This document shows positions 63,522-64,000 of a DNA stretch of 64,000 nucleotides, one piece after another (the stretch's first letter is position 1; each line of letters starts with the position of its first letter). Under the pieces are notes generated by a model. That model did no database searches and was not told the origin of the DNA. It saw only the letters and a list, made by a program, of their open reading frames with translations. The translations under genes and the position numbers were made by a program. Source of the DNA: Podarcis cretensis (lineage: Eukaryota); the NCBI GenBank assembly GCA_951804945.1, contig OX638154.1, positions 53,382,001 to 53,446,000 of the forward strand. Reading direction: 5' to 3'.

Positions 63522-64000
63522 GCTCCAGGGTCGAGCGAGGACGGTGCTGACGGGAGGCGCAGGGGCGCAGGCGGCTTCCCGGGAGCGGTAATCCAGAGGG
63601 GAGAAGCGCGGGGTCGGAGGCTTCAGAGGAGTGGCTGCTGCGGGGATCCCATGTGGACATTATGGGGGCGAATCCGAGGCCATCCAAGCGCGCCCCATGC
63701 GCCCTCGGCGCCTCCCAGCGTGGCCCCTTCGACGCGCGGCAGCAGACGGCGATCGAAAGCTCACACAGCCCCCGAAAGGAGAGGCGCCCGGGTGCCCGGC
63801 GGTGCAGTGCGCCTCGGATCGCGTCCCACCAACATTTGGAACAAACAGGCTCCTTCGAGATCCTGAAAAGAGAAGCGGGGGGAGGAAGGTTTGGTTTGAT
63901 GGGAAAGTGCCCCGGTTCCCATTGGCCGAGGAAGAGGCAAATTACTCCGCAAACATCTCCTATTATTAGCTGCTAAGCAACAGCTCACCAAAGTGGAGAG

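Larger units (their letters stand above)
62850..63960 (-). promoter_or_regulatory. CpG island covering the PTCH2 promoter, 5'UTR and exon 1; CCAAT box at 63925-63921
   Basis: Very high GC and CpG density around the start codon; ATTGG at 63921-63925 is CCAAT on the gene strand. Confidence 0.85.

Noticed and set aside
63658-63830. Viral-type TURBS termination-reinitiation at the UAAUG
   Set aside because: The nearest upstream UGGGA (63828-63824) is ~165 nt away, outside the usual spacing; only the overlap itself is reported.
62815-63976. Multiple long + strand ORFs over the PTCH2 CpG island
   Set aside because: Expected from stop-codon scarcity in GC-rich DNA; P/R/A/G-rich, with no domain.

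Overview
Vertebrate genomic DNA, most likely from a squamate, probably a lacertid-type lizard (judged from Sauria-SINE, Squam3-like SINE, CR1/L2/L1/Rex1 and hAT/Tc1 MITE content). It is not prokaryotic. The window is dominated by one complete, intact Hedgehog-receptor gene, PTCH2, on the minus strand. I traced 23 coding exons by hand from ATG 63521 to TAG 11221. All introns are GT-AG and phase-consistent, giving 4176 nt = 1391 aa. The gene has a 26.4-kb intron 2, a CpG-island promoter at the right end and a probable ~4-kb 3'UTR. A second CpG island with no identifiable gene lies at the left end. Introns and flanks carry many transposon copies: a 5'-truncated CR1, a very young stop-free Rex1/Babar-type LINE in intron 16, L1/L2 fragments, a Sauria SINE and hAT/Tc1 MITEs with target-site duplications, and a DIRS-like relic. 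The most interesting unexplained signals are: (i) a PTCH2 5' leader with stacked uORFs, including a 'MASD' decoy copy of the true start and an upstream element complementary to both starts; (ii) a hairpin whose loop is a consensus splice donor, at the Rex1 insertion junction; (iii) an excess of GLI motifs in the introns, some paired with FOX motifs; (iv) a possible spliced + strand non-coding transcript converging on the PTCH2 3' end. These regulatory interpretations are hypotheses; no database search or folding computation was run.
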